DNA of 63,027 bases, the filler included, from Hyphochytrium catenoides (taxonomy: Eukaryota; Protista; Hyphochytriomycota): assembly GCA_900088475.1 (NCBI GenBank). It is 6 parts of 6 records of this genome, joined end to end, with 100 filler letters (N's around TTAATTAATTAA, not from the genome) between each part and the next. Parts side by side here need not be neighbours in the genome. Positions count along the whole stretch, not along the records: positions 57,183 to 63,027 come from FLMG01002921.1; 5 more parts are not named here. The stretch is one strand, 5' to 3'. The position numbers and the translations under genes were made by a program. The notes under the pieces are model-generated. The model did no database searches and was not told the origin of the DNA. It worked only from the letters and a program-made list of their open reading frames with translations. Below are positions 62,201-63,027 of this stretch, piece by piece (the stretch's first letter is position 1; each line of letters starts with the position of its first letter).

Positions 62201-63027
62201 AGACTGGCCGTCGAGGTTGTCAAAATTCAGCTCTATCCTTTACTATAAATGCTGTCCGTTCAGTGCCTTTTAGTTGATAGGTCCGTGCGTGTGGCGCCCT
62301 TGTATGGAACATCCTTTTGTTGCTGTCGCCCCTCCATCAACCGATGACCCTTGAAAGACAAGTCCCTGCCTGCTTGGTAGCTCTAACATATACATGGCTT
62401 GCAGGAACGCAGCCGGTCTCTAGGGGAGAGCCACCCGGACACCGTGACGACACAGCTAAATCTAGCGCAGGTGCTAGAGGGCCAGGATAAGAGTGACGAG
62501 GCAATAACGCTCTATCAGCTTGTTCTCTCGGAAAGAGAAGGCACCCTTGGGCCTGAACACCCGAAGACGCTTAACAGCTTAGAAGCGCTAGCACTTGCCT
62601 TCTTCAGGGCAAAAAAGTTAGTGCGAATGACCTCTCCTCTAGTCTCTCTTGTTTGTAACCCACTATAAGATCTATACTTCTTCAGGGCGTGCCAGCAAAG
62701 CATAGATGTTACTGCGCCTCTTCCGTCTCTCCGCAGTCGCCCTCTTTCTACTCCTACGTGGCCTCCTCCCGTTCCGCAAGTGTGCCTCCTTATTCTTTCT
62801 CTGGTCCATCACCATTGCGTAAACATAGGACGGTTCTTCGCTCGGACGTGTTTTTCATAACTGCGGTATCCTCGTTTTTGCTCCTCCTTTCATTTGAAGG
62901 CTGCATTGTCTTCGTCGTGGTTCATTACATGCGTTCAACATCAAGTCTCTCTTAGAGTCAACTCCACTTGCTAATGCCTCCTTTTGCGCCCTCAGCTACT
63001 CGCAGGCGGACAAGCACCTAGAACGTC
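59241..63027 (+). CDS. RelA/SpoT-like nucleotidyltransferase domain fused to a kinesin-light-chain-type TPR array; exons 59241-60620, 60720-60887, 61044-61308, 61527-61712, 61902-62215, 62405-62616, 62996->63027 (runs off the window)
   Basis: APTKVKEQILRKAVHKYGG, VKDVLRAS, LRVKSSF, GGYRDVKVN, CELQLH. These are followed by repeats such as LGEKHPSVLSTMNNLA, LGESHPDTVTTQLNLA and LGPEHPKTLNSLEALA. Six GT-AG introns are in frame. Confidence 0.88.

Overview
This is eukaryotic (protist-like) nuclear DNA in the standard genetic code, with GT-AG introns and very abundant (AG/CT)n microsatellite. The window is not contiguous. Five artificial 100-nt spacers (N44-TTAATTAATTAA-N44) join six contigs: 1-20150, 20251-39801, 39902-52490, 52591-55371, 55472-57082 and 57183-63027. 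Genes were reconstructed by reading splice sites by eye. Contig 1 has two tandem paralogous unknown multi-pass membrane proteins, a rhodanese-fold protein with the active-site Cys replaced by Asp, an 11-repeat CCCH-type (WRKY19-like) zinc-finger protein, SCO1 head-to-head with mitochondrial bL20, and the 3' end of an Fe-ADH-like gene. Contig 2 has a bestrophin, a cNMP-domain/mitochondrial-carrier-like fusion, a short phytochelatin synthase with an apparent mitochondrial presequence, and a Clu-domain/TPR gene. Contig 3 has a sialate O-acetylesterase, an SLC43/FMP42-like MFS transporter and the 3' end of a bacterial-type threonine synthase. Contig 5 has the 5' part of a selenoprotein K-like gene. 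Contig 6 has a RelA/SpoT-like nucleotidyltransferase fused to a long TPR array. The three most interesting candidates are the RelA/SpoT-like NTase-TPR gene, the cNMP-carrier fusion, and a ~1.5 kb module at 24.2-25.7 kb (direct repeats, telomere-like palindromes, a 108-bp-arm fold-back and a PIF1-helicase relic). Most short ORFs in the supplied track are microsatellite or antisense artefacts. All family calls come from motif recognition, not database searches.
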